Source of the DNA: Nostoc sp. DedSLP01
Lineage (GTDB): Bacteria > Cyanobacteriota > Cyanobacteriia > Cyanobacteriales > Nostocaceae
DNA: 64,000 nucleotides
Direction of reading: 5' to 3'
Assembly (NCBI GenBank): GCA_034530875.2
Contig: JAVRCJ020000030.1
Coordinates: 1-64,000 of the forward strand
Within the stretch, counting starts at the first letter, position 1. Every line of letters begins with the position of its first letter. The position numbers and the translations under genes were made by a program. The notes under the pieces were generated by a model that had not been told where the DNA came from, ran no database searches, and was given only the letters and a program-made list of their open reading frames with translations. Shown piece after piece: positions 39,931 through 50,323 of this stretch.

Positions 39931-41118
39931 TTATTTGCAATAATTATGGTTGAAAATAAATGCTTGGTAAACATCAATAATTTTAGTTACTATTTTCTCC
40001 CAAGTGTATTTTTCTCTAATCGTTTGACGAGCGCGATCGCCCATATTTTTACCTTCTTGGGGATGAGTCAGATATTTTTCGATAGCTAAAGCGATCGCCA
40101 CTACATCCATTTGAACAACGTAACCCAGTTGGTGTTCTTGAACCACACTAGCCAAAGCAACACCAGGGGTAAGCAAAACGGGAACGCCGACAGCTAAAGC
40201 CTCTAGAACTGCTAAACCGAAGTTTTCAGTATGCGAAGTTAAGGCAAACAGATCCGAGCCTTGAAGTAAGAGGTCTTTTGTCTCTCCAACAACAAATCCT
40301 GTAAAATGAGTGCGATCGCGAATGTTATTTGCAACCAGCGCCGACTCAATCTCTGTTTCATATTCTTGAGAACCACTACCTGCGATCGCAAAGGTGAAAC
40401 GATGGTGAGTGAGTTTGCCCAAAGCAGGAATCAGATAGTCTAGTCCTTTTTTGGGATGCAGGCGGGATAAAAATAAAATAATGGGTTCGTCTGGTGGGAC
40501 TTTTAAATGTTGGCGGAGTAGATAACGGGCATTGAAAATCGGTTGGGGTGTAGAAAGTCCGTGAGGTAATACAAAAATAGGGGCTTTGAGTCTTAATTGA
40601 GCAACTTCTTCATGTTCTTGTTGGGAGGTAAGATGGATAGCCTGAGAGCGATCGAGGTTAGCTTGCTCGATTAACCTCATGTAAATTTGCTTTCTGCGGC
40701 TGCTTTGCTGCAAAGACCATTGGCATAATAAGCCATGCGGCATCGTAATATAGGGAACATTTTTTAGGCGAGCGATCGCCATTGCGATCGTTGATGTATA
40801 AGAGAATATCGCATGAATATGTAAAATATCGTAGTCGCAAATATTATCCCACAGCCACACTGTTAGCTGCCAAGAAAAAGCGTATTCTCTGATAATTTTT
40901 ATCGGGGGTGAAAAGCGATAGAAAAACGTAATTGGAACTTGTTTATATTCAATAAGTTTCTGTAAAGGAACATCAAGTAAGTAGTTGCCATTGTCGTTAG
41001 TTGTGGCAATTTCAGCATCAATATTTTTAGCTCGTAATGCCTTAACTATATCCATAACAACAAGACTTGGGCCGCCCCGCACATGAGAAACAGATGGAAT
41101 AATATGGAGAACTCTCAT
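39931..41118 (-). CDS. Glycosyltransferase family 4 (close paralogue of 36716-37912)
   Basis: GGPS, FLSRLHPKKG, ENFGLAVLEA. Confidence 0.92.
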   Translation of the reverse strand: MRVLHIIPSVSHVRGGPSLVVMDIVKALRAKNIDAEIATTNDNGNYLLDVPLQKLIEYKQVPITFFYRFSPPIKIIREYAFSWQLTVWLWDNICDYDILHIHAIFSYTSTIAMAIARLKNVPYITMPHGLLCQWSLQQSSRRKQIYMRLIEQANLDRSQAIHLTSQQEHEEVAQLRLKAPIFVLPHGLSTPQPIFNARYLLRQHLKVPPDEPIILFLSRLHPKKGLDYLIPALGKLTHHRFTFAIAGSGSQEYETEIESALVANNIRDRTHFTGFVVGETKDLLLQGSDLFALTSHTENFGLAVLEALAVGVPVLLTPGVALASVVQEHQLGYVVQMDVVAIALAIEKYLTHPQEGKNMGDRARQTIREKYTWEKIVTKIIDVYQAFIFNHNYCK

Positions 41119-41156
41119 AATGGAGTTTTGTAGCACTGTCGAGGAATATCCACTAT

Positions 41157-42317
41157 TTAATCTTTTGAAACAAGGCGTTGTTTACTCGCTATAAAATTAA
41201 ATTTTTCATTAATGGCCTGATGATAAACTTTAATATACTCGTAAACCATTTTATCTGCGGAAAATCTTTGAGAATTCACAAATCCTTTTAACTTTAATGT
41301 TTTTAGTGTAGGCAGATTACAAATAATAATTTCGGCAGTTTCTTGTGGTTGATCCGGTTCTATATATATAGCTGCTTCTCCTCCCACATCTTTCATTGGA
41401 GAACGATTTGATGTAAATACAGGGCAACCACAAGCTTGAGCTTCTATAATCGGCCAACCAAAACCTTCATACAGAGAAGGAAAAAGTAAGGCTGTCGCAG
41501 TAGAATAAATAGCTCTGAGATTTTCGTTATCAATTTCTACTAGCTCTATTACCTTTTGAGCAATATTATGAGTTTTGATAAAGTGATGCATTTCATCAGT
41601 CATGGGTTTACCTACCATGACCAAGTAAAACTCTGGTTCGTTCAATTGCCCAATCAAATTATAAAAGATTGATAATACTCCCAATCGATTTTTATACCAG
41701 TGATTTGCTCCTACATGCAGAATAAATTGGCAATTTTCCGGAATTCCCAAAGCTTTTAAACGTGCTTGCGATTCTGTAGATGCCATCGGATTATAGGGAT
41801 AGTTTAAGCCCATCTGAATCACAGATACAGCACTATCCGGCAGAGAAGAAAGACGCAACACATCACTTTTAGTCGCTTGGGAAACACAAGCAACTTTTTG
41901 CGCTTGATTAAGTCCCCTCATCACCATCTGCTGCAATTGCTTACCAGTCCATCCAGTACGATATTCTGGAAATTCTCCCAAACCAGAACGAATCGGGAAT
42001 AAGTCATGACAAGTAATAATATGGGGAATATTTTGTAAATATTTTGCATAAAACGCATTACCTTGATCGCAAATATGAACTACATCTGCCCAAGATAATG
42101 CTTGACGCAATTGCACCGGGAAGATAACTAATTTATCAATATAACCTAACCATTTTCGTAAAAAAGCTGATGAAATTAGATTCCCAAACCAAGGAGTTGG
42201 GCGAATAACTTGTACTTGATGCCCAAGTTTGGTTAAGTAATTTTCCAACATAGAGGCAAATATATCCATACTTATAATTGCATCTAATTGGTAATTAGCT
42301 ATTAACAAAATTTTCAT
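41157..42317 (-). CDS. Glycosyltransferase family 4
   Basis: TCHDL, FPSLYEGFGWPIIEA. Confidence 0.92.
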   Translation of the reverse strand: MKILLIANYQLDAIISMDIFASMLENYLTKLGHQVQVIRPTPWFGNLISSAFLRKWLGYIDKLVIFPVQLRQALSWADVVHICDQGNAFYAKYLQNIPHIITCHDLFPIRSGLGEFPEYRTGWTGKQLQQMVMRGLNQAQKVACVSQATKSDVLRLSSLPDSAVSVIQMGLNYPYNPMASTESQARLKALGIPENCQFILHVGANHWYKNRLGVLSIFYNLIGQLNEPEFYLVMVGKPMTDEMHHFIKTHNIAQKVIELVEIDNENLRAIYSTATALLFPSLYEGFGWPIIEAQACGCPVFTSNRSPMKDVGGEAAIYIEPDQPQETAEIIICNLPTLKTLKLKGFVNSQRFSADKMVYEYIKVYHQAINEKFNFIASKQRLVSKD

Positions 42318-42332
42318 TAATTATTATAAATT

Positions 42333-43301
42333 TTATTTGTGCCGAGAATATTTTGATTTTAGACACCAGAGTATTCGCTTGGCATTAATTATAGTTTCTG
42401 GAGGCAATATAGACTTGATAAGGTTTTTGTTAATTGCCTCAAAGATTTTGGGTAACAATTGCTTTTGTAACTCTAAAATATCTTCCAGTTTCATAGTAGC
42501 AATAGAAGTGTTAGGAAAAGCTGGATAATCTCTTTTAAAACCAAATCCCAGATAATCCATTACCTCTGGTGTGAGATTATCAAGATACTCAGTATTTACG
42601 AGATTTTTCTCACCATGTCCTATATTTTTACTCCCAACTTCATCGACTTGAAAAAGTAAGGTAGTTCTGTCGTAGGTTTTATCTTGAAAAGGTTCTGCTC
42701 TATGTATTCCGTGGATATCGCATAAGATAAAACTTCCCTTGGGCATGGGAAATGTTAGGATATCTTTGCTATATTTACTCTCAATATAACTATCGCTCAA
42801 GTAAATCTCATTTCTATATTTTCTAGACCATTTATGAGAATCCTTGATATATTGAAAAGCATTTTTTTCAACATCAGATAAATAAAACAAAAATAACAGA
42901 CCAGGCATATTATGTTTTTCAGATAATTGTTTGCCTACTTGACGGTTGTTATCCGTATGCCAGGGCATGTGCGAATTTTTAGATATTTGATAAACTCGAT
43001 GATTAGTTAACTTATAACTATCCGTAAAATATTGTTTACAAATCTCTAAAACTTTTTTTGAAGTAATGACATCGTAGGTTTTTTTAGATCCGGCTAGGCA
43101 ATGAGTAAAAAATTTAATATCTTGAGCCTTAACTACACCAATATCATTAGTATTTAGAAGTATTTGATTGAAATCAATTTCTTGAAGTAGTTCGTCAATA
43201 TATTGTGAGTTTAATGCTTGTTCAAAAGCAAAATAACCTTTATTTCTCAGGTCATTTACGATTTTACTAGTACTAAAATTGGCAAAATATGGATTAAACA
43301 T
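42333..43301 (-). CDS. PhyH-like Fe(II)/2-oxoglutarate dioxygenase
   Basis: WHTD (HxD), FYLSDV...SHKW, distal GIHRA His. Confidence 0.75.
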   Translation of the reverse strand: MFNPYFANFSTSKIVNDLRNKGYFAFEQALNSQYIDELLQEIDFNQILLNTNDIGVVKAQDIKFFTHCLAGSKKTYDVITSKKVLEICKQYFTDSYKLTNHRVYQISKNSHMPWHTDNNRQVGKQLSEKHNMPGLLFLFYLSDVEKNAFQYIKDSHKWSRKYRNEIYLSDSYIESKYSKDILTFPMPKGSFILCDIHGIHRAEPFQDKTYDRTTLLFQVDEVGSKNIGHGEKNLVNTEYLDNLTPEVMDYLGFGFKRDYPAFPNTSIATMKLEDILELQKQLLPKIFEAINKNLIKSILPPETIINAKRILWCLKSKYSRHK

Positions 43302-43325
43302 AATTTATTAAATTTTATATAACTA

Positions 43326-44489
43326 TCAGTTACATATATAATATTTTTCTAAATAGCTACCTAGAGTTTTTTTAAATTGTTCAAAGCCAAATTTTTCAAT
43401 TACCTTTTTTCTCAAAGTCTCTGGTTGATAGATGAGGGGATTAGGATAAGTACCCTGTAGGATTTGAATTATTGTTTTGGCGATCGCATTTATATCATCC
43501 GGATCGACTAGCGCACCTAACTCGCCCTGACAGAGGGCATCTTGCGCCCCATCTTGATTGCCTCCAAGGGTAGGTTTACCGCAGCCGAGAGCCTCTAGGT
43601 AAACAATACCAAATCCTTCTCCTTTGCTTGGCATCGCAAATAAATCGCACAGCTGGTAATGGGAACTAAGTTCTTCATCAGCAACGAAGCCAGTTAAAGT
43701 TACGCAATCTTCGAGTTGATATTGAGAAATTAGCTGTTCGATTCGGGGTTTATCGTCTCCCTTACCTACTAAAATGTAACGAACATCAGGAATTGCCTGA
43801 CGAATTTGGGGTAAGGCAGCTAGAATTTTATCGTAGCCTTTGTAATGCTCTGATTGGGAAAGCCGAGCAACGGTAAGGATAATAGGTTGTTCGGGTTTCA
43901 AACCATATCGTTTGAGGAGGCTATCTGGTTTAGGTGCAATCTGAAAATTATTGGCATCGAAAGTATTGGGTAGAACGACGACTTTATCGGGGTCGAGGTT
44001 TTGTTCTTGGAGGAGGCGATCGCGTGTATAGTGACTAACGGCTAGAATTTTGTCAGCATATTTCAGGGCTGTCTGTAGATTAGAATTCTGAAGATTCCAA
44101 ACCTCAATTCCATGAGCTACAACCCAGTAAGGAATGCCTATTAGTCGTTTTAATAAGTAAGTAGCAACGCTAAAGTTGAGATGAGAAGTGATAATCAAGC
44201 TAGGAGATTGTAGAATTCCATATCCGATAATTTGACTAGCAAAGACAATTGTCCGTAAAGGTAACGGCCAAGTTCCTGCAAAGTAAAATTCGGTGTTAGC
44301 GTTAAAAAAAGATTTTTTTGAGCAGCGAGTATCTTGTTTGAGAAAAATATTATAGTTTACCTTGGGATATAAGTATTGTAATGCTTCCAGTAAAAATACT
44401 GAATAAACTTGAATTCCACCCTTCAATTCAAAAATCTCCGGAAACCATAAGGAGATTTTTTTATATTTTTGATATTTGTATTTTTCCAT
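43326..44489 (-). CDS. Glycosyltransferase family 4
   Basis: GGIQ, AHGIEVW, LTVARL, EGFGIVYLEA. Confidence 0.92.
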   Translation of the reverse strand: MEKYKYQKYKKISLWFPEIFELKGGIQVYSVFLLEALQYLYPKVNYNIFLKQDTRCSKKSFFNANTEFYFAGTWPLPLRTIVFASQIIGYGILQSPSLIITSHLNFSVATYLLKRLIGIPYWVVAHGIEVWNLQNSNLQTALKYADKILAVSHYTRDRLLQEQNLDPDKVVVLPNTFDANNFQIAPKPDSLLKRYGLKPEQPIILTVARLSQSEHYKGYDKILAALPQIRQAIPDVRYILVGKGDDKPRIEQLISQYQLEDCVTLTGFVADEELSSHYQLCDLFAMPSKGEGFGIVYLEALGCGKPTLGGNQDGAQDALCQGELGALVDPDDINAIAKTIIQILQGTYPNPLIYQPETLRKKVIEKFGFEQFKKTLGSYLEKYYICN

Positions 44490-44525
44490 AACAAAACCTC
44501 AGACTATGAGTCTGAATTATCTCTA

Positions 44526-45995
44526 CTATAATGCTGCTTGTTGTTTGATTCGCTGCCTACGCAAGATAAATCTAAAGAGGAAATATATGGATAATGTAAT
44601 ATTAAAAACACTTCCAAACATCAGGGAAAAATTCCACTCGTGGGAAGTAAAAAAATACAAAACCGCAATTCCTATGACAATTTCTAGAGTACCCATTTTC
44701 GGAGAATTAAGCTTTTGCTCAAACAAAGCAAATAAAGCTCCTAAAAGTGACATTCCTATAGGTACGCCTAAAGCTCCGAAATTAGCATACATTTCTACCA
44801 TCAATGGTAGATTAATAGTAGTAGAGTAATCATTTTTTTCTACATATTTGTAACGCCTCCCAAATACATTGCCTATAATTTCTGAAGGTTTATTAGGCCA
44901 CAAAATACGTGGAATAAACTTTGTCAAGATGCCCAAGTAACTTTCACCATTCCAATAAGGAATTCGTTTAGGAGTATCTGCAATGATATTTGAAAAAAGT
45001 ATAATGTGTGCCGTTCTGGACATAGCAGCGGCCGTCGAAGACTCTTTTTTTTCTGATTGATTCTCAGGATTAAAGTAATGTTTCATTGTAATATCTATAA
45101 ACAATTGAGCCTTTTCTATCGGACTTGCATTAGAGTATGGCCCGTACCAAGTTAACTGACGATACTCTCCTTTTACTACATTAAAAGTAATAAAAAATAT
45201 CAATAATATACCAATCAACAGAAATGGGATGCGTTTGCGTTCGTAGAAAATAACTATACCCATGAACGTACCGATAAATCCAATATTTGCTAAAGCACCT
45301 CCAACAAAACGTAGAAGCAAATCGAATAAAAAACATGAACCGACAATTAGTTTAGTTTGAAGAGATAGTTTTTCACCGCGAGACCAGAGAATATAAAACA
45401 TTCCATAACCTATATTCCCAATTGCATCTGAAAGTTGATCTACAGATGGAAGTTTAATAAAGTAAGAAAAAATAATATGCGATATTACTAATAATCTCAC
45501 TGGAATTACCAGATTAGTTAAAGAATAATTAGGTAACTTCAAATAAGAAACTTTTTTCCATAGAGAAAATTTCGATACATAGAAAGACACGAGCATCGCA
45601 AGTAATCCGATCGCCGTCAGTTGCAACGACTCAGTACTAACATGAATTTGAGACCAACGACCTATGCCTAATTTCTCATGAGAAAACATAGGTAAAGCGA
45701 AGCTATTAGCGTAAAAAATGCCCATTAATGGCAGAAATGGCATCGGTGGACGCTGACGATCTAGTAGATAATGGATACTTGGGAGAAAGGCTAGCCAGAT
45801 TATATTCAGTGCAAGAATTGCTTTATCACTTGAGAGTGATGGTGGACAGTGTTCCCATAAATAAAAACTACCTCCACCAAGACCAAATAAAAGCAATAGG
45901 CAAATTCTTTTTAAATAACTATCCTGCTTTTTTTTTACTCGAACAACAGCAATTTCATAATGGTTTTGTGTCTGTTCGGTATAATAATTATGCAT
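44526..45995 (-). CDS. Wzy-like polysaccharide polymerase
   Basis: About 10-11 TM with a large periplasmic loop; FIPRILWPNKP, EMYANFG. Confidence 0.75.
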   Translation of the reverse strand: MHNYYTEQTQNHYEIAVVRVKKKQDSYLKRICLLLLFGLGGGSFYLWEHCPPSLSSDKAILALNIIWLAFLPSIHYLLDRQRPPMPFLPLMGIFYANSFALPMFSHEKLGIGRWSQIHVSTESLQLTAIGLLAMLVSFYVSKFSLWKKVSYLKLPNYSLTNLVIPVRLLVISHIIFSYFIKLPSVDQLSDAIGNIGYGMFYILWSRGEKLSLQTKLIVGSCFLFDLLLRFVGGALANIGFIGTFMGIVIFYERKRIPFLLIGILLIFFITFNVVKGEYRQLTWYGPYSNASPIEKAQLFIDITMKHYFNPENQSEKKESSTAAAMSRTAHIILFSNIIADTPKRIPYWNGESYLGILTKFIPRILWPNKPSEIIGNVFGRRYKYVEKNDYSTTINLPLMVEMYANFGALGVPIGMSLLGALFALFEQKLNSPKMGTLEIVIGIAVLYFFTSHEWNFSLMFGSVFNITLSIYFLFRFILRRQRIKQQAAL

Positions 45996-46007
45996 TGGTT
46001 TATTTAA

Positions 46008-47195
46008 CTAATTTTTTGCTAACTTACTAAAATTGGCTAAATCCTGTATCTTCGCAAACAAAGATGAAAAAGCCGACTCGTAATTGTACTTCTCTTCAAA
46101 AGCTCGTCTAGCTGATAAACACATTTTTTCGTATTTATCAAAGTTAGTTAATATATTTTTAACAGCAAATGCAATAGATTCAGGATTATCAGGATCGGCA
46201 AAACTAACCCAAGTCTCGCCTGCAAGATGTTCTCGATAGTCAGGCTGATCGCTAACAATCACAGGTAATCCGCAAGCAGCATATTCATAAATTTTATTTG
46301 ATGCTGTTCCCATAGTTTGATGGTTAACGTTTGTTTTTTGATATAAACAAACACCTATAGAAGCCTCCCAAGTATGCCAAGGAAGTTCATTGTAGGGAAC
46401 TGGCGGAACATACTGAACGCGTTCGGCTACCTGATTGCGGATAACCAAATCTTTCATTAAATCTTTTTCTTCTTCTTTAATTGGCCCGATAAGTTTAAGT
46501 TCTACGGAACTATCTAAATAACTGAGAGAATTAATTAATTCCAGCAAAGAATTTTTTATGGAGATAGTACCTTGTAGTAATATATTAGGTTTTTGAAACC
46601 GTTCTAATATAAGTTTCGTGAAATTTACATGTTCTTTAAAATATGATTTTCTCGGGAAATTGGGTACTATCATGAGTTCCCCATTGAAATTTGTCAGCCT
46701 TTTGAATAACAAAGCTCGTTCTTGAGAGGGAAAGACAAGAAGATTAGCTTTATGTACCCACTTTAGTTCTCCTCTCTGAACCCATCCTGATAAAGAAGAC
46801 AGACTAAACAACTGATAGTTTAGGTCATGATTATGGTAGATAAGTGGAGTTTGCTGATGTTGGAGTAGCCGACAAAGGTAGGCAGATGTATATCCAAAAG
46901 CATCGTAAGCATAAATTAAAGATACATTTGTGAGAAGGCGGCTTGCTTGAGCAATAAATTTAATATATTCCCATAGTTTAACCCCCGCAGAAGCTTGCTC
47001 CCGTTCTTGTACTGATGTGTATTCACCCAAACGATGAACGCTGACATTAGAAGGATATTGCCAATGAGGAGGATGTTGATTTCGGCCAATCAAAATGATA
47101 TCAAAATGTTCTGATAATAAATGAACAGCATTAATTGTTGGAGGATAGTAATCTGGGTTGGCATATATAAGTATTCCAATACTTTTTTTACCCAT
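46008..47195 (-). CDS. Glycosyltransferase family 4
   Basis: SNKIYEYAACGLPVI. ATG 47195 preferred. Confidence 0.88.
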   Translation of the reverse strand: MGKKSIGILIYANPDYYPPTINAVHLLSEHFDIILIGRNQHPPHWQYPSNVSVHRLGEYTSVQEREQASAGVKLWEYIKFIAQASRLLTNVSLIYAYDAFGYTSAYLCRLLQHQQTPLIYHNHDLNYQLFSLSSLSGWVQRGELKWVHKANLLVFPSQERALLFKRLTNFNGELMIVPNFPRKSYFKEHVNFTKLILERFQKPNILLQGTISIKNSLLELINSLSYLDSSVELKLIGPIKEEEKDLMKDLVIRNQVAERVQYVPPVPYNELPWHTWEASIGVCLYQKTNVNHQTMGTASNKIYEYAACGLPVIVSDQPDYREHLAGETWVSFADPDNPESIAFAVKNILTNFDKYEKMCLSARRAFEEKYNYESAFSSLFAKIQDLANFSKLAKN

Positions 47196-47260
47196 TGCTG
47201 TATTTGAGATAGAGTTATTAAAAATTTTTGATCCACTTAAGAATTTAAGCAAAGCAAGAT

Positions 47261-48208
47261 TTAATGGGAATTATTAAAGGCTGATTTCATGTTATGAACC
47301 AGTAAATCTGGTGGTTGCATAGACTCAGGATCGAAACCCCCCTCAAATACAGTTTGGCTGACATCGGCAGAGAAAACACCTGCATGGAAATGTGCTGGAT
47401 GCCATATAGTAGGGCACTTTCCTAAATACGAAGCCCAGTAGCTAAATGTACTTCCACTAGAAGTAATTAAGACCTTACTTTGAGATAAAGTAAGCATATC
47501 GGATAAAGCAGAGGCAGTAGATGCACGCGAAATTTGGGAAAGCGTGAGTAATTCACTTAGCTCGCGATCGCGACCATCTGAGAATATAGTCACAGGCACA
47601 TCATAACCAGCAATTGCCCGAATAGCATCAATAACCCTAATAAACCAACTAAAAGGAGTGCGAACACCACCTAATTTAGTAAAATCATCCTCTGGTTTTA
47701 GGGCTTTAAAGTCACCCATTCTAATATGAATTCCGATTTGGGGTGCTGGACGCACAGAAATAGCTTCAAGTACAGAGGGACGAATAGTAGTAAGTAATTT
47801 CTCCTTGATAATGGGTTGATATTCTTTTAAATCTACAAAGAAGTCGCTCCAATGCGGCAATTGGTTAAAAATAAATAAATAAAAATTTGCTTCTGATGGT
47901 TCTAAATTAAATAGTTCTATCTTAGATATGGCAGGATTGTGATAAATATGTATGTTCTTTTTTAACCTTGCCATGAAATAATTAATCGACGATACATAAT
48001 TTTTGTTAGAAAATAGATGACCGTAATATCTTTTATCTCGTTCGCCTCTTATATAAGGCCCAATTACCAACTTACCCCAAGCTGGGGCAACAATATGAAG
48101 GTCATTAATATGAGCAAATAAAACAGCTCTAGCCCAAACTAAAAGCATATTGCCTAAGCCCGCTTTTGGTAATTTGGGATAGACTAAAAATTTATATTTT
48201 TTAGACAT
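47261..48208 (-). CDS. GT11-like (alpha-1,2-fucosyltransferase-like) glycosyltransferase
   Basis: GLGNML, GIHIRMGDF, IFSD, STFSYWA. Confidence 0.78.
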   Translation of the reverse strand: MSKKYKFLVYPKLPKAGLGNMLLVWARAVLFAHINDLHIVAPAWGKLVIGPYIRGERDKRYYGHLFSNKNYVSSINYFMARLKKNIHIYHNPAISKIELFNLEPSEANFYLFIFNQLPHWSDFFVDLKEYQPIIKEKLLTTIRPSVLEAISVRPAPQIGIHIRMGDFKALKPEDDFTKLGGVRTPFSWFIRVIDAIRAIAGYDVPVTIFSDGRDRELSELLTLSQISRASTASALSDMLTLSQSKVLITSSGSTFSYWASYLGKCPTIWHPAHFHAGVFSADVSQTVFEGGFDPESMQPPDLLVHNMKSAFNNSH

Positions 48209-48254
48209 CTGCATACATTTTGGCAATAATTAATTGATATAAATAAACTTAAAT

Positions 48255-49403
48255 TTACTGTAATATCTTTGAATAAGCACTAATTATTTTCTGTCCGTAG
48301 TCATCCCAAGAAAGAGATTTACGAGCCTGCTTTAAAGCGTTATTTGCCATTTCAAGTCGCCTATCGGGGTTTTCATATAAAAAAAGAATTTTTTCTTTAA
48401 TAGCCTCTACATCTCGAATAGGCACGCAAAAACCATCAATCCCATCTCGTACAATATCCTCACCACCTGTATTAGTGGTATGAATTATAGGTAGCCCGCA
48501 AGCCATTGCTTGAGGTTGAACCATTGCTAAACCTTCTTCGATTGATGCAAGGCAAAATACCGAACATTGGGAATAGAACCATCGCAATTGATTTTGAGGC
48601 TGCTTACCTTTGTAGATAATTTTATCGTTCTGATATTTTGCTAAAAAAGGCTCTATTTCTGGATCGGTTGAACCTACAAACCAAAGTTCGGCATCTGGTA
48701 AATTTAATTCATGAAAAGCTTGCAATAAGTACTGTACGCCTTTACGCAGTGAAATAGTACCACAGTGAATAACTCGAAAGATATTATCTTCCTTTGGAAC
48801 TGGATAAAATTCTGCTAAAGAAGTTCCATAAGGAACATGAATGAGCTTCTTTTCTGGTATTCCCTGTTCTAAAAAAGTTCGCTTCACGAAGAGACTAGGA
48901 ATAGCAATTTTATCAGCATCATCATAAGATTTGATTTCTCTTGTATATATTCCAGGATGAGTTTCTGTAAATTGCAATCCCCACCTTTCATATTCTTCTT
49001 TGAGAATTTCTGTTTGGTAATGTATGTGGCTGCTACCGCGCTCGATTATTGTTTTAGCGCCGAGTTCTTTAGCCTTATGCACAGACCAAAAACTAGCTCC
49101 CGACCAACCTACAAATAAGTCAAAGCCAGGTGATAATAATTTTGTGACTGAGGAATCAAACTGCTCTAAAAACCATAATTGTAAGTTGCGATCGCCCCTT
49201 AGCCAATTTGGTAATCGATACCAACTACGCGATAGAACTTCTAAATACCAAATAGAACTAATAAAATCTCTATCAATACCATACTTAGTAATTTCAAAAG
49301 TTGGATATGTAGAAATTAACCTATGTAAATAATCTCTTTTTTGCAATTGCTGGGCTAGGTAAAATCCCCAAAAACGCCCAAAAACCGATATAGTAACTTT
49401 CAT
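48255..49403 (-). CDS. Glycosyltransferase family 4
   Basis: LRKG, SIEEGLAMVQPQAMACGLP. Confidence 0.9.
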   Translation of the reverse strand: MKVTISVFGRFWGFYLAQQLQKRDYLHRLISTYPTFEITKYGIDRDFISSIWYLEVLSRSWYRLPNWLRGDRNLQLWFLEQFDSSVTKLLSPGFDLFVGWSGASFWSVHKAKELGAKTIIERGSSHIHYQTEILKEEYERWGLQFTETHPGIYTREIKSYDDADKIAIPSLFVKRTFLEQGIPEKKLIHVPYGTSLAEFYPVPKEDNIFRVIHCGTISLRKGVQYLLQAFHELNLPDAELWFVGSTDPEIEPFLAKYQNDKIIYKGKQPQNQLRWFYSQCSVFCLASIEEGLAMVQPQAMACGLPIIHTTNTGGEDIVRDGIDGFCVPIRDVEAIKEKILFLYENPDRRLEMANNALKQARKSLSWDDYGQKIISAYSKILQ

Positions 49404-49425
49404 TATTAAGAATAAAAACCGATTG

Positions 49426-50256
49426 CTAGATTTTTTCAGCCATCACGATAACAACATCTTGCTGACTTTTAGCCACTGCTTTTTCTGGAAACGCATCCCA
49501 TGAATTATAAAACCCTCGAATTTTAAAGCCATATTTCGGAAGATTATTTTCAAAAAATTCACTTGAAAAACCTAATGGATGGACTGCTCCTATAATAGAT
49601 AAAGATTGTTTGCCAAATTTTGTATAATCAAAATTTGGTACTTCAATCAAAAGTAAACCTTTACTATTCAGAAGCAAGTAAATATCTTTAAAGATAGTTG
49701 AGAGATCGGTAAAATGCTCTAGAGTATGTGCTGTATAAACAATATCAAACAGTCTGCAATCCAGCTTGTTAATATTTTCAACAATCTCTACTCCCAGATT
49801 TTGGATTCCAAATAAACGGCGTGGCTCGCTAATTTCTAAACCAGTCACTTTAAATCCATACTGTTGTGCTTGATAAAGAAAATATCCCCAAGACGAACCA
49901 AGTTCTAGGAGATTACCTTCTGGAGAAAGTAACTTAATTGCTTTGAGTCGATCGCCAAAGTATTTATCCGATCCTTGGAAACAATTGTTTTTTAGTGCAA
50001 TTAATTCATCATTACTTGGTAGGCGAGTAATAGAACCCTCGGCAGAGTAGAAGTAATCATACAAACTAGATGTGAGTAAAGGCTGATAAATCGGGCTTGT
50101 AAAACATAGTTTGCAAGAACAGCATTGCTTAACTTCCACTAAAATATATTTTCTGGCTATTGTTTGATAATGTTGAGTTTTACAATGAGGGCAAAACTCT
50201 TGTTTTCTGAACAAGGACTGTGTTAAAAATTCTAATCTTGGTAGTATGTTGCTCAT
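49426..50256 (-). CDS. Class I SAM-dependent methyltransferase
   Basis: N-terminal CxxC...CxxC; LLELGSSWG; HTLEH; IEVPN. Confidence 0.88.
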   Translation of the reverse strand: MSNILPRLEFLTQSLFRKQEFCPHCKTQHYQTIARKYILVEVKQCCSCKLCFTSPIYQPLLTSSLYDYFYSAEGSITRLPSNDELIALKNNCFQGSDKYFGDRLKAIKLLSPEGNLLELGSSWGYFLYQAQQYGFKVTGLEISEPRRLFGIQNLGVEIVENINKLDCRLFDIVYTAHTLEHFTDLSTIFKDIYLLLNSKGLLLIEVPNFDYTKFGKQSLSIIGAVHPLGFSSEFFENNLPKYGFKIRGFYNSWDAFPEKAVAKSQQDVVIVMAEKI

Positions 50257-50323
50257 TTATTTTTGATTTACTTTTCAATCTCTAACCTTGGTTTTATTAA
50301 AAATAAATGGTAAAACTGTAGAA

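Noticed and set aside
44476..44829. Antisense ORFs within cluster genes (also 32804-33103, 49024-49332, 60520-60876)
   Set aside because: They are shadow ORFs opposite well-supported genes, with no recognisable motifs.
36716..45995. Assigning hps (hormogonium polysaccharide) gene names
   Set aside because: There is only family-level resemblance; orthology cannot be established without a search.
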